Source of the DNA: Ostrea edulis
Taxonomy: Eukaryota
Length of the DNA stretch: 64,000 bases
Assembly (NCBI RefSeq): GCF_947568905.1
Contig: NC_079168.1
Location: forward strand, 15,810,001-15,874,000
Reading direction: 5' to 3'
Part shown: positions 52,916 through 62,235 of the stretch, one piece after another
Layout: the number at the start of each line of letters is the position of its first letter
Position numbering within the stretch: position 1 is the stretch's first letter
The notes under the pieces: generated by a model
Told to the model about the DNA's origin: nothing
Databases searched by the model: none
Seen by the model: the letters and a program-made list of their open reading frames with translations, nothing else
Position numbers and translations under genes: made by a program

Positions 52916-53609
52916 AATAAACAATCCCTAGGATGCAATACAAATAAAAAAAAATTACAATACAAATGGAAATTATACTATGCAAATGAAAAATTATATA
53001 ATACAAATGGAAACTATATAATACAAATGAAAAATTATACAATTCAAATGGAAAATATAGAATACAAATGGAAAATTATACAATACAAATAAAACTTCAT
53101 ATAATACCAGTGAAAAATTATGCAATACAAATAGAAAAGATCAAATATTGCAACGTTTGACATTCCATGCCGTAGTAGGTATCAATATTTCAACATTGAA
53201 AGAATTCCCTCAGTAGTATAAGGCGTCCCGATAGGGGGTTCAACTGAGTGCACTTTTTATGCAAATGAGGTCAAGTAAGGGCGTTTTTGATTGGTCAAGC
53301 GGTGTCGGGGTCAACGGAGTGCACTAGGACGGGGTCAACCCCAGCAGGGGTTGTAGAGCGGGTGAATAGGCTGGCCTATGGTCCTAATTTTAGCATGCGG
53401 TACTTTCGCTTTGAGTTCCTGGAATGAGTTCCTGCTATTTTTCTGAAAATCCAGTGAAATCCTGTGTATTAAATCTAAAAGAATAACAGTGTATTAAATC
53501 TAAAAGAATAACACAAGGTTTTAAGTTGACATGTTTATTAAAGAACAATAGTACAATCCCCAGAGCTGGCACGGTCCCTAGTTTTACCCAGCGCTGTCTA
53601 CAGGTAATA

Positions 53610-53644
53610 TATATAAAGCGGCGCGCGGTGCATTGGGTGTCACT
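53610..53644 (+). promoter_or_regulatory. TATA plus Inr promoter of polB
   Basis: TATATAAA (53610) and TCACT (53640), then gacatcATG. Confidence 0.55.
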
Positions 53645-53653
53645 TTCGACATC

Positions 53654-56600
53654 ATGTCAGACAAGTTACCTACTGGACTTCCACGGAGTTATATTGAACA
53701 GCGATTGAGATTTTTGAATGATCAGCTGAACAGACAACGGCAGCGTGAATTACAACTCCGCAGAGAGAATCAACGACGACTACAGTATTTACAGCGGGGA
53801 GGGGGAAAAAAGAAACTCATTTCGGATTATTACAAAATTCAACTGGAACGAGGACGTCAATCACGGAAATTTAAAGTCAAGGAAAATGTCTACAATGTTG
53901 CTTTCAAACCTATTCCAGAGAAAGAAAATACAGCCTTCATTCGTCGGCTCTTCCGGGATATGTTAAAAAATGTGAAACAGGAAATGCAGTGCAATCCCAA
54001 TGATTATCTACGTTTAAATATTCGGCACCCGTCTCTGGATTCAGCTATTTGGTACGAATTTACGCAGTCCAATCAGCTCAACGAGGACAAAATTCTGAAC
54101 AAAATAGAATCCGTCCAGCAATCTAAAAAGGAATTCCTAATCACCGACGGGGCAGTGCAGATGGATTTTTTCCATGTCAAATATCCACAAGGCAGCGGGT
54201 GCACTAAGAAAAAACATCTACACGTGGATAAGGAAAAATTCAAAACCTCCAAGAGAGCGATCGTTCGCATTCAAAATCCTGAGGATTCTCTCTGCTTGTC
54301 CCGGGCTATTGTGGTAGCACGTCTACACAGCCAGAAATCAAACGACCCGGCATGGGAAACGAAATGGTTACGCATGAGAAAAGGGGATAAAGATTCTCTC
54401 GATCAGAAACGAGAAGCGATAGCCTTGATGGAACAAGCTGGGTGTGTTATGAACCAGCCGTGTGGGCCACGTGAATGGGAGCAATTACAGCACGCGCTCG
54501 CCCCACAGTATCGATTGAAAATATTTCAATTCAAAACGAATACAACTCGTTTACGACTGGAACCTATTTACAAAGGACCGGGGTACGGGACTTGTTTGAA
54601 TATCCTGCTGGATAACGAGCATTACGATGCCATTGTGTCTATGCCTGGAGTGACGGAAAACGGATACTATTGCGATTATTGCGATGTTGGTTACAGTCAC
54701 ATTGAAGATCATCGGACCGTCTGTCCTCATCGATGCTCATTTTGTTTAGCCGATACCCCCTGTACCCCGGACGGGACTCAGACGAATTGCCCTCATTGTA
54801 AGGGATTTTTCAGAAATGCAGCTTGTTACCAGAACCATTTAAAACCCTACAGCAGTAATACAACGACCACGGTCTGCAGTTTAATGGGGCGTTGTAACCA
54901 GTGTCAGAAATGGATGTCCAAGAAATTATTAAAACGCCACGCGTGTGGGGGTCAAACCGAATGCCGCATCTGTCACAAAGTCGTCACCATGCCTCATCAC
55001 TGCTTTGTACAGACGAAACCCAAACCTAAGAAAGAAAAAGAAGAAGAAGAGGAGTTGAAAATATACATTTATTACGATTTCGAATGCAGTCAGGAAAACG
55101 GTATTCACATTCCCAATTTATGCGTGGCAGAACGTGTGTGTCAACATTGCGACAGTGTGGATATCGACAAGCCCTGTTCTCATTGTGAAGGATTCGGATC
55201 ACAACGCCGCTTCCTATTTCAAGGACCCGACACGTTAAAACAGTTTATGGAATGGCTCTTACAGAGCGAGACCGATGAGCAAGGCCATGTGGAACTCAAA
55301 CACGATGAAGCCACCATCATTGCCCACAATTTCAAAGGATACGATGGGCAGTTTATTTTGAATTACCTGGTTCACACGGCGTGTATCAAACCCACCGTCA
55401 TCCTGAACGGCAGTAAAATCTTATCCATGCAAGTCTTGGGGTTGAGATTCATCGATTCTTACAACTTTCTACCCTTTGCTCTTGCCAAGATGCCCTCTGC
55501 TTTCGGATTAACGGAATTGAAAAAAGGATATTTCCCGCACTTTTTCAACACGACAGAGAACCAGCAGTATGTGGGTCCTTACCCGGCCGCTCATTTCTAC
55601 AATCCTGACGATATGTCCACCGCCAATCGTGAAGCCTTCTATACTTGGTACCATCAACAAGAGGGCAAAGTCTTTGATTTCCAGAAAGAATTCTTAGCTT
55701 ACTGCATCTCGGATGTGGATATTTTACGCCGGTGTTGTGCCCATTTCAAGTCCACCCTGTTTGATCTGGTGGAAGTAGACCCCTTTCAAGAATCCATCAC
55801 GTTTGCCAGCACGGCTAATTTAGCCTACCGACGAGGATTCATGGTTGAAAATACCATCGCCATCATTCCCAATATGGGCTACCGGCCAGCACGACGATAT
55901 TCAGCTAAAGCTTGTCGATGGTTCGCCTGGCTAGAACATCAACATCACTGCATACGACATGCTAGAAATGGGGGCGAAGTCACGCTTGGACCCTATACAG
56001 TAGATGGGTATGATGAGGAATCTCGTATCGTGTACGAATTCTATGGCTGTTACTGGCACGGCTGTCCCACCTGTTTCCCGAATCTGTTGACTGACATGCA
56101 TCCTCATCGTGTTCAGCATACGTATCAAGACCTCTACCTGGACACCTTAAAACGAGCCAGTGCTTTAGAAGACCAAGGCTATACAGTCGTGAGCATATGG
56201 GAACACGAGTTTGATCGTCAGACCCAGACCAATCCCGACTTACAGGAATTTTTACAAGGAGTCGATATACAAGATCCTTTGAATCCCCGTGACGCTTTGT
56301 ACGGAGGCCGGACCAATGCTACACGACTGTATTGTGAGGAGGGTGACATGCGATACGTGGATGTCTGTTCCCTGTACCCGTACGTGTTGAAATACAAGCC
56401 ATTTCCCGTCCAACATCCCCAAGTCATCACCAGCCATTTCACCGATGTCAGAGACTATTTCGGGCTCATTCGTTGTCGTGTCCTCCCACCCCGAGAGCTG
56501 TATCACCCCGTATTACCTTACAAGACCGGGGGTAAATTACTCTTTCCCTTATGCCGCACCTGTGCGGAACAGCGCAACTTAGGACCCGACGAGCGGTGCC

Positions 56601-57616
56601 AGCACACCGATTCTGAACGCAGTCTCACGGGCACCTGGGTGACCACCGAACTTCACAAAGCATTAGATCTAGGCTATCGTCTCGACCGCATTTACGAAGT
56701 TTGGCATTTTGAGAAAACCAGTGACCACTTATTTCGAGCGTATATCAACACCTTTTTGAAAATTAAACAAGAAGCTTCCGGATTCCCCGAGGATTGTCAA
56801 ACAGCCCAACAGCAGCAACATTACATTGAGGAAATTCAGCAACGAGAAGGCATTGCCATGAATCCGGCCGACATCCAGAAAAATCCGGTCCGAAGAACCA
56901 TTGCCAAACTCTTTTTAAATTGTTTGTGGGGAAAATTTGCTCAACGATTACAATTACCCAAATCCCTGTATCTCACGGAAGAAGAAGAATTACATCAGAA
57001 ATTACAAGATGCCACTTTAGAAGTCAAAGGCATCGAACTCTTAGAAAATCGTGAACGCCCCGAATGTGATATGATGCTGATCAATTATCAGGAGAAAGAA
57101 GAATTTTTAGAAGACTGTCCCTTTGGAAACGTGGTGCTGGCGTGTTTTACAACAGCTCATGCTCGTTTACATTTGTACGAGACGTTACAGCCTTTGGGAG
57201 AGCGTGTCTTATACTTTGACACGGATAGTATCATCTATCAGCACGACGAGACCCAGTTCAACCCGACCATTATCAACAGTTTAGGCGGCTGGACCGATGA
57301 ATTGGGTGGAGATCGTATCATCAAGTACATGTCGGGCGGGCCCAAAAATTATGCATACGAGACCCAGGGGGGAAAATCTGTCTGCAAAGTCAAAGGATTG
57401 ACACTCAATTATCGTGCCTCTAGAGTCGTGTCTCTCGATACGTTGGAAAAAATGTTGAAAGGAGAAGAAGAAGAAGTCCATGTCCGCTATCCGCACTTTA
57501 TTCAACGAACCCGCCAACATGATGTGCGAACCATTCCTCTGGTGAAGAAATACCGCATGGTGTATGATAAACGTCAACGTATTCATAACTATGACACGCT
57601 GCCTTACGGGTATTAA
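53654..57616 (+). CDS. polB: Protein-primed DNA polymerase B (1320 aa)
   Basis: Exo I YYDFE, Exo II HNFKGYDGQF, Exo III YCISDVDIL; Pol motifs YVDVCSLYP, KLFLNCLWGKF, YFDTDS; no stops. First ATG 53654. Confidence 0.97.
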   Translation: MSDKLPTGLPRSYIEQRLRFLNDQLNRQRQRELQLRRENQRRLQYLQRGGGKKKLISDYYKIQLERGRQSRKFKVKENVYNVAFKPIPEKENTAFIRRLFRDMLKNVKQEMQCNPNDYLRLNIRHPSLDSAIWYEFTQSNQLNEDKILNKIESVQQSKKEFLITDGAVQMDFFHVKYPQGSGCTKKKHLHVDKEKFKTSKRAIVRIQNPEDSLCLSRAIVVARLHSQKSNDPAWETKWLRMRKGDKDSLDQKREAIALMEQAGCVMNQPCGPREWEQLQHALAPQYRLKIFQFKTNTTRLRLEPIYKGPGYGTCLNILLDNEHYDAIVSMPGVTENGYYCDYCDVGYSHIEDHRTVCPHRCSFCLADTPCTPDGTQTNCPHCKGFFRNAACYQNHLKPYSSNTTTTVCSLMGRCNQCQKWMSKKLLKRHACGGQTECRICHKVVTMPHHCFVQTKPKPKKEKEEEEELKIYIYYDFECSQENGIHIPNLCVAERVCQHCDSVDIDKPCSHCEGFGSQRRFLFQGPDTLKQFMEWLLQSETDEQGHVELKHDEATIIAHNFKGYDGQFILNYLVHTACIKPTVILNGSKILSMQVLGLRFIDSYNFLPFALAKMPSAFGLTELKKGYFPHFFNTTENQQYVGPYPAAHFYNPDDMSTANREAFYTWYHQQEGKVFDFQKEFLAYCISDVDILRRCCAHFKSTLFDLVEVDPFQESITFASTANLAYRRGFMVENTIAIIPNMGYRPARRYSAKACRWFAWLEHQHHCIRHARNGGEVTLGPYTVDGYDEESRIVYEFYGCYWHGCPTCFPNLLTDMHPHRVQHTYQDLYLDTLKRASALEDQGYTVVSIWEHEFDRQTQTNPDLQEFLQGVDIQDPLNPRDALYGGRTNATRLYCEEGDMRYVDVCSLYPYVLKYKPFPVQHPQVITSHFTDVRDYFGLIRCRVLPPRELYHPVLPYKTGGKLLFPLCRTCAEQRNLGPDERCQHTDSERSLTGTWVTTELHKALDLGYRLDRIYEVWHFEKTSDHLFRAYINTFLKIKQEASGFPEDCQTAQQQQHYIEEIQQREGIAMNPADIQKNPVRRTIAKLFLNCLWGKFAQRLQLPKSLYLTEEEELHQKLQDATLEVKGIELLENRERPECDMMLINYQEKEEFLEDCPFGNVVLACFTTAHARLHLYETLQPLGERVLYFDTDSIIYQHDETQFNPTIINSLGGWTDELGGDRIIKYMSGGPKNYAYETQGGKSVCKVKGLTLNYRASRVVSLDTLEKMLKGEEEEVHVRYPHFIQRTRQHDVRTIPLVKKYRMVYDKRQRIHNYDTLPYGY

Positions 57617-57644
57617 AAAGGACATGCTAGAGAAAACCATCAGT
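57611..57644 (+). promoter_or_regulatory. TATA plus Inr promoter of iap
   Basis: TATTAAAA (57611, overlapping the polB stop) and TCAGT at 57640. Confidence 0.55.
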
Positions 57645-57651
57645 CGGCAAA

Positions 57652-58179
57652 ATGACGGACTACGAATCACTACATAACCCGGGTACACCACGTTATGCTC
57701 TACTGTCAGATCGAGTAACGTCGTTTGAAAATGCTCCCGAACACTTGCAGAACCTATTACCTACCATTGCAGAAGCGGGATACTTTTACAAAGGGTACGG
57801 GGATAACACGTGCTGTTTTTATTGCAACTTTGGACTTCACCATTGGGGAGCTGTCGACAATCCTTGGATACAACATGCTTATTGGTATCCTCACTGTCCT
57901 TACCTGAAGTGTAATAAGGGTAAACAATGGGTACGACAAGCCTTCAATGCCTATGCCCGCGCTAAAGACAGTGGTTGCGATTGGGAAGGCTTACCCTTAG
58001 ACGCGGCAGGGAATCCAATGTGTACCCAGAAATGTCACATTTGTTTAGAACGAGACTTGAGAATTGCTTTTTTACCTTGTGGTCATTTATGTACTTGTGC
58101 TATATGTGCTACGGGACTGAAACAATGTCCTATTTGTAGACATGGTGTTGAGCAAGCTGTACGTATTTTTATTTGTTAA
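57652..58179 (+). CDS. iap: Inhibitor of apoptosis, one BIR plus C-terminal RING (175 aa)
   Basis: BIR: RVTSF..AEAGYFYKG..CFYC-x16-H-x6-C; RING: CHIC..FLPCGHLCTCAIC..CPICR. Intronless. Confidence 0.95.
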   Translation: MTDYESLHNPGTPRYALLSDRVTSFENAPEHLQNLLPTIAEAGYFYKGYGDNTCCFYCNFGLHHWGAVDNPWIQHAYWYPHCPYLKCNKGKQWVRQAFNAYARAKDSGCDWEGLPLDAAGNPMCTQKCHICLERDLRIAFLPCGHLCTCAICATGLKQCPICRHGVEQAVRIFIC

Positions 58180-58219
58180 TAAATATGTATGATCCCATGA
58201 ACTTGTGTCATTTATCAAG

Positions 58220-58858
58220 ATGTATACCTACGAGACACTTGAACCTTTTCAGTTGAAACATGAATTTACCATGGTGGTGGCTGGACCCTCTAAATCGGGT
58301 AAAACAGAATTTGTCAAGCAACTGGTGCAAAATACACAGTGGATTGCACCGCCTCCCGAAAAGATAGTATGGTGTTATCGAGAATGGCAGTCCGCGTACG
58401 AATCCTTACAGGACAAGGTCACTTTTATCCGCAATATACCTCAAGACGATGAGCAGATAGTGGCGGATCTCAGTACGCGTCATCTACTCATTTTTGATGA
58501 TATGATGGGAGGTAAAGCCATCGAATCGATTGTCGACTGGTTTACGCGCAAAGCGCATCATCGCAATACCAGTGTCATTTATATCACACAAAATCTGTTT
58601 GATCGAGCAGTACAACATCGTACCATCAGTCTGAATGCTCACTATCTTGTGCTGTTTAAAAATCCTCGAGATAAATCTCAGATTGGGGTGTTAAGTCGGC
58701 AATTACAAATGCCACATTTACTTCCAGCCTATGAGGACGCCACCCGTGTACCTCACGGGTATTTACTAGTGGACTTGAGTCCTCAGACGTCGGACGATTT
58801 AAGATTAAGAAGTCAACTCTTTACCAACTTGGCTGTTCACATGCCCCCGAGAGTATAA
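58220..58858 (+). CDS. A32/FtsK-like genome packaging ATPase (212 aa)
   Basis: Walker A GPSKSGKT, Walker B LLIFDD, HRNTSVIYITQNLF, RTISLNAHYLVLF. Confidence 0.95.
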   Translation: MYTYETLEPFQLKHEFTMVVAGPSKSGKTEFVKQLVQNTQWIAPPPEKIVWCYREWQSAYESLQDKVTFIRNIPQDDEQIVADLSTRHLLIFDDMMGGKAIESIVDWFTRKAHHRNTSVIYITQNLFDRAVQHRTISLNAHYLVLFKNPRDKSQIGVLSRQLQMPHLLPAYEDATRVPHGYLLVDLSPQTSDDLRLRSQLFTNLAVHMPPRV

Positions 58859-58871
58859 ATAATGTCACATC

Positions 58872-59780
58872 ATGGGCAGGTGTATCATTCGAAAGACAGT
58901 CTTCATCATGGGTAGACCTTCCGCGAAGAGTAAATTAGTCAAAACGTTACGCCGTTTACAACGGGAACGGGATCCCGTTCAACGGAGCCATCTCATTGAA
59001 TTAGGACGTAGAGCCTTACTCAACTGGTTTGCGATGGGCGCTCGAAATTTATTGCGAGGCGTCTTACCAGGCAATAAAATCACTCAGCGGTTCATTCAAT
59101 CCCATCGCCAAGACTTGAGTGTCATTGCCGATAAGAAGTCCAATGAAGAAGAGCGTAAAAAAGCCATTTTGAAACGAGGAGGCGCCGGATTCTTAGGAGG
59201 GACCATTATCCGTCATTTATTCAAATGGGAAACAGGCCGTAAGCCCCGTGGGGGACAACCCAAGAAAACCAAGAAACCACGGGCTAAGAAAGCTAAAAAA
59301 TCACCTCAGAGAATTCCTAAACTCATTATTCGCTTACCTAAGAAGACACCTAAGAAGTCCCCTAAGAAATCCCCTAAGAAGACACCTCTCAGGATGAAGA
59401 ATCCGTTTCCCAATTGGGCTCCAAAGAAAACCCCTCTCATTGTGAAGATGCCGTTTCCCAAGGCCACTCCCCCCAAGGCCACTAAAACGTTAGCCAATCT
59501 GAAAGCCGGATTAGCTCAAAAGAAAATGGAACGACCCATGCATGGGCCTATAGGAAGTTCCAGAACCAGTGATACTGCTCTACCGAGTTTTGCTCATACC
59601 TTTGGAAGCATGAAATTTCAACCCTTAACCACCTCAACACCGGTTCAGGTGCAAAAGAAATATAAATGTAAATTTTGCCCTCTGGTCTTCAATGCGAGAG
59701 AGAACCGCAATCGTCACGAAGAGACCGTCCATCACAAGCGTTTTGATCCTAAACATCCGAGTGCCGTTGTCCTGGACTAG
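58872..59780 (+). CDS. Basic core-like protein with S/TPKK repeats and a C-terminal C2H2 finger (302 aa; likely start 58908)
   Basis: KKTPKKSPKKSPKKTP; CKFCPLVFNARENRNRHEETVH. N-terminal half resembles the neighbouring 109-aa ORF (NLLRGVLP vs NLLKGVIP). Confidence 0.8.
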   Translation: MGRCIIRKTVFIMGRPSAKSKLVKTLRRLQRERDPVQRSHLIELGRRALLNWFAMGARNLLRGVLPGNKITQRFIQSHRQDLSVIADKKSNEEERKKAILKRGGAGFLGGTIIRHLFKWETGRKPRGGQPKKTKKPRAKKAKKSPQRIPKLIIRLPKKTPKKSPKKSPKKTPLRMKNPFPNWAPKKTPLIVKMPFPKATPPKATKTLANLKAGLAQKKMERPMHGPIGSSRTSDTALPSFAHTFGSMKFQPLTTSTPVQVQKKYKCKFCPLVFNARENRNRHEETVHHKRFDPKHPSAVVLD

Positions 59781-59820
59781 GTATAAAAAGGAGGGGTAAG
59801 GTGCCCCACCCTTCATTACC

Positions 59821-60150
59821 ATGGCTCATACGAAGAAGTGTGAATGTCGATTACGACCTCATTTACCGCTCTTGCAGACGTTAGCGGCTCCTCACTATTC
59901 CAGCAAATTAAAGACAGAGGTGTTGAAACATTGTTCCAATGACTGCATTTTAAAGATTTGTGAGATTGTGTACAATCTATTAAAAGGGGTGATTCCTCTC
60001 AATCCTACTCAGAAGCGACAACTGGGTCGAAAGAAACACATCTTAAGACGCTTAGTCCGGACTCAACCCGTGAAAAAACGACGAGGTATACTCATCCACC
60101 AAAAAGGATTGGGTTCGTTTGTGTGTGGCAAGATTTGTAAGAAATCATGA
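59821..60150 (+). CDS. Conserved small basic Polinton protein (core-like, 109 aa)
   Basis: ICEIVYNLLKGVIPLNPTQKRQL..HILRRL..QKG pattern recurrent in Polintons (recognised from memory); own TATA/Inr. Confidence 0.8.
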   Translation: MAHTKKCECRLRPHLPLLQTLAAPHYSSKLKTEVLKHCSNDCILKICEIVYNLLKGVIPLNPTQKRQLGRKKHILRRLVRTQPVKKRRGILIHQKGLGSFVCGKICKKS

Positions 60151-60914
60151 GTCGAAAAATGGTATTGGTACCGGAAGCGATGCTCAACGAATTAAAAGGC
60201 AAATTACCTAAACCTCCCGAATTTACCTCGACTATTGGTTTACGCAGTGATTTGGACGAGATTGAACATCGAGATGATTTAACCGAGAAAGAAAAAGTGG
60301 GGTTGTACGGGCATCAACTTCATCGCTATCGTCAATATTTACAACAAGCTCGACATCCCACCCCAGCGACTCTATCCTCCCCAACCACTGCAACCAGTGC
60401 CGCCTCACCACCCACAGCCGCCTCAGCATCCGATGACTTGGAGGAACAGATTATCAAAAGCGTCAATAAACCGGGTCGAAAGAAAGCAGGTTTATTACTC
60501 GATCATCTCAAGAAATCCAAAGTGGTGACTTGGAATAAAGAAGGAGAAATCAGCTATAGAGGACGCAGGGTTCCCGATTCCAATATTGTGGATTTAATGA
60601 CCGAAGCCCAACGACAAAGACCCTTAAGACATCGTGATCCCCCCGCGGGATTAGAGGAATTTGCTCAAGCGTTAAAAGAGACTCATGCTCCCAAAGGATA
60701 TGTGAACAATCGGGATGTTATAAAAGCCATGGACAAACCAGGGAAAATCAGTACGCCTAGACCTCTAGAGGAAGAGGAGAGCGGATTTCAAGAAATCTCT
60801 GGTTTTGACCAATCGTTCTATGAAACTCCCAGACGAATGATGACCCCTAAAAATATCTGGGAGGCCAGTAAAAAGACATCACGTGAAATTGGAAAATGGT
60901 TAAATCTACCATGA
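60147..60914 (+). CDS. Conserved uncharacterised Polinton protein (255 aa)
   Basis: MSRKMVLVP start; TWNKEGEI..PDSNIVDL motif typical of the ORF upstream of Polinton integrases; ATGA overlaps at both ends. Confidence 0.8.
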   Translation: MSRKMVLVPEAMLNELKGKLPKPPEFTSTIGLRSDLDEIEHRDDLTEKEKVGLYGHQLHRYRQYLQQARHPTPATLSSPTTATSAASPPTAASASDDLEEQIIKSVNKPGRKKAGLLLDHLKKSKVVTWNKEGEISYRGRRVPDSNIVDLMTEAQRQRPLRHRDPPAGLEEFAQALKETHAPKGYVNNRDVIKAMDKPGKISTPRPLEEEESGFQEISGFDQSFYETPRRMMTPKNIWEASKKTSREIGKWLNLP

Positions 60915-61981
60915 AAGCAGAACAGATCTTACAGCGACTGTATTACGATCCCAAGACAGGGTATGGGGGAGTCCAGGCGTTGTATCGTCAAGTGCGTCAA
61001 TTAGGACACAAGATTACCCTGTCTCAAATTCGAGAATGGGTGAAAGCTCAAGATACCTATACCTTGCATAAACCGATACGGAGGAAATTCAAGCGACGAC
61101 AAACACGCGTGACGGATATGGATGAACAATGGCAATTAGATTTAGCCGATGTCTCCAGCTTGAAACAAGACAATAATGGGTATACGTTTTTATTATGTGC
61201 CATTGACGTGCTGTCTAAATATGCCTGGGTCGTGCCTTTAAAACAGAAAACGGGGAAAGAAATGATACGAGGCTTACGACGGATTTTTCGAGAGGGACGT
61301 CGCCCCGTGCGCATTCAGTCCGATCAAGGAAAAGAATTTACCAATAAAGAATTTCGTCAAGCCTTCAAATCCATTCATTTCTTTACGACCCGTAATGCCG
61401 AAACCAAAGCCAGTATTGTGGAACGTTTTCAACGCACGCTGAAAGCACGCATGTGGCGGTATTTTACACGTCATAAAACACGACGGTATGTCGATGTCTT
61501 GGGGGATCTGGTGTATGGTTACAATCATACCTATCATCGCAGTATCCGGCGAGCTCCTGCTCAAGTCAATGCCAAGAATGTCTTGACCGTATGGAAAACC
61601 TTGTATGGAAAACAGAGTGCCGATACCACGAGTCGCTTGCAAGTGGGGGATCGTGTACGCATTAGTAAAGCCAAACGTACGTTTGAAAAAGGATATTTAC
61701 CGAATTGGACCAAAGAACTGTTTACCATCTCTAGAAAAGTGCCAGGACGAAACGTCTATCGTATTCAAGATGATCACGGGGAAGAATTAGAAGGAACGTT
61801 TTACGAGAAGGAATTACAACAAGTGATTAAAGACGATGATGTCTATGAAGTGGAAGAAATCTTAGGGTATAAAAAGCGGCGTGTGGGAAAAAAAGTCATT
61901 TCAGAAGTCAAAGTGCGTTGGAAAGGATATCCTCCCAGTTTTGATTCATGGATTCCGCAAGCGGATCTCATTCGGCCATGA
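60911..61981 (+). CDS. int: Retroviral-like (RVE) integrase with C-terminal chromodomain (356 aa)
   Basis: WQLDLAD, IQSDQGKEF, KASIVERFQRTLK (DDE); YEVEEIL..VRWKGYPPSFDSWIP. Confidence 0.96.
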   Translation: MKAEQILQRLYYDPKTGYGGVQALYRQVRQLGHKITLSQIREWVKAQDTYTLHKPIRRKFKRRQTRVTDMDEQWQLDLADVSSLKQDNNGYTFLLCAIDVLSKYAWVVPLKQKTGKEMIRGLRRIFREGRRPVRIQSDQGKEFTNKEFRQAFKSIHFFTTRNAETKASIVERFQRTLKARMWRYFTRHKTRRYVDVLGDLVYGYNHTYHRSIRRAPAQVNAKNVLTVWKTLYGKQSADTTSRLQVGDRVRISKAKRTFEKGYLPNWTKELFTISRKVPGRNVYRIQDDHGEELEGTFYEKELQQVIKDDDVYEVEEILGYKKRRVGKKVISEVKVRWKGYPPSFDSWIPQADLIRP

Positions 61982-62235
61982 CCAACCAGTGGACTTTCTT
62001 GGGTGAAAAAGTCCCTCGAGCAGAAATTGTGTATTTTGCACAATTATTCCTGTGTTTAACCATCATTATCACTTCGGTCGTCATGTTAGCCTTAGGCGAT
62101 CCCAATCGCGATTTTTGGATGGTGACCTTAAGTTCTTTGGTGGGCTACGTCATGCCTAGTCCACAAATGACGTTAGCGAGCCCGAGTATAAAACAGGAAC
62201 GATCTTCTTCAGATTCATCAGTTCACCATGGCTAA
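61978..62235 (+). CDS. Small two-transmembrane-helix protein (85 aa)
   Basis: ATG overlaps the integrase stop (ATGA); hydrophobic IVYFAQLFLCLTIIITSVVMLAL and FWMVTLSSLVGYVMPSP. Confidence 0.75.
   Translation: MTNQWTFLGEKVPRAEIVYFAQLFLCLTIIITSVVMLALGDPNRDFWMVTLSSLVGYVMPSPQMTLASPSIKQERSSSDSSVHHG

Larger units (their letters stand above)
51995..53178. mobile_element. Inverted-repeat element with about 21-bp minisatellite arms, containing two SINEs
   Basis: Left arm gtcaaacgttgcaat..(ttttccatttgtattgtata)n; right arm (tacaatacaaatggaaaa)n..attgcaacgtttgac. Confidence 0.7.

Noticed and set aside
57281-57691. Minus-strand ORFs within the Polinton (also 61274-61642, 59306-59497 and others)
   Set aside because: Antisense shadows of long GC-richer coding genes, with no motifs or promoter cassette.
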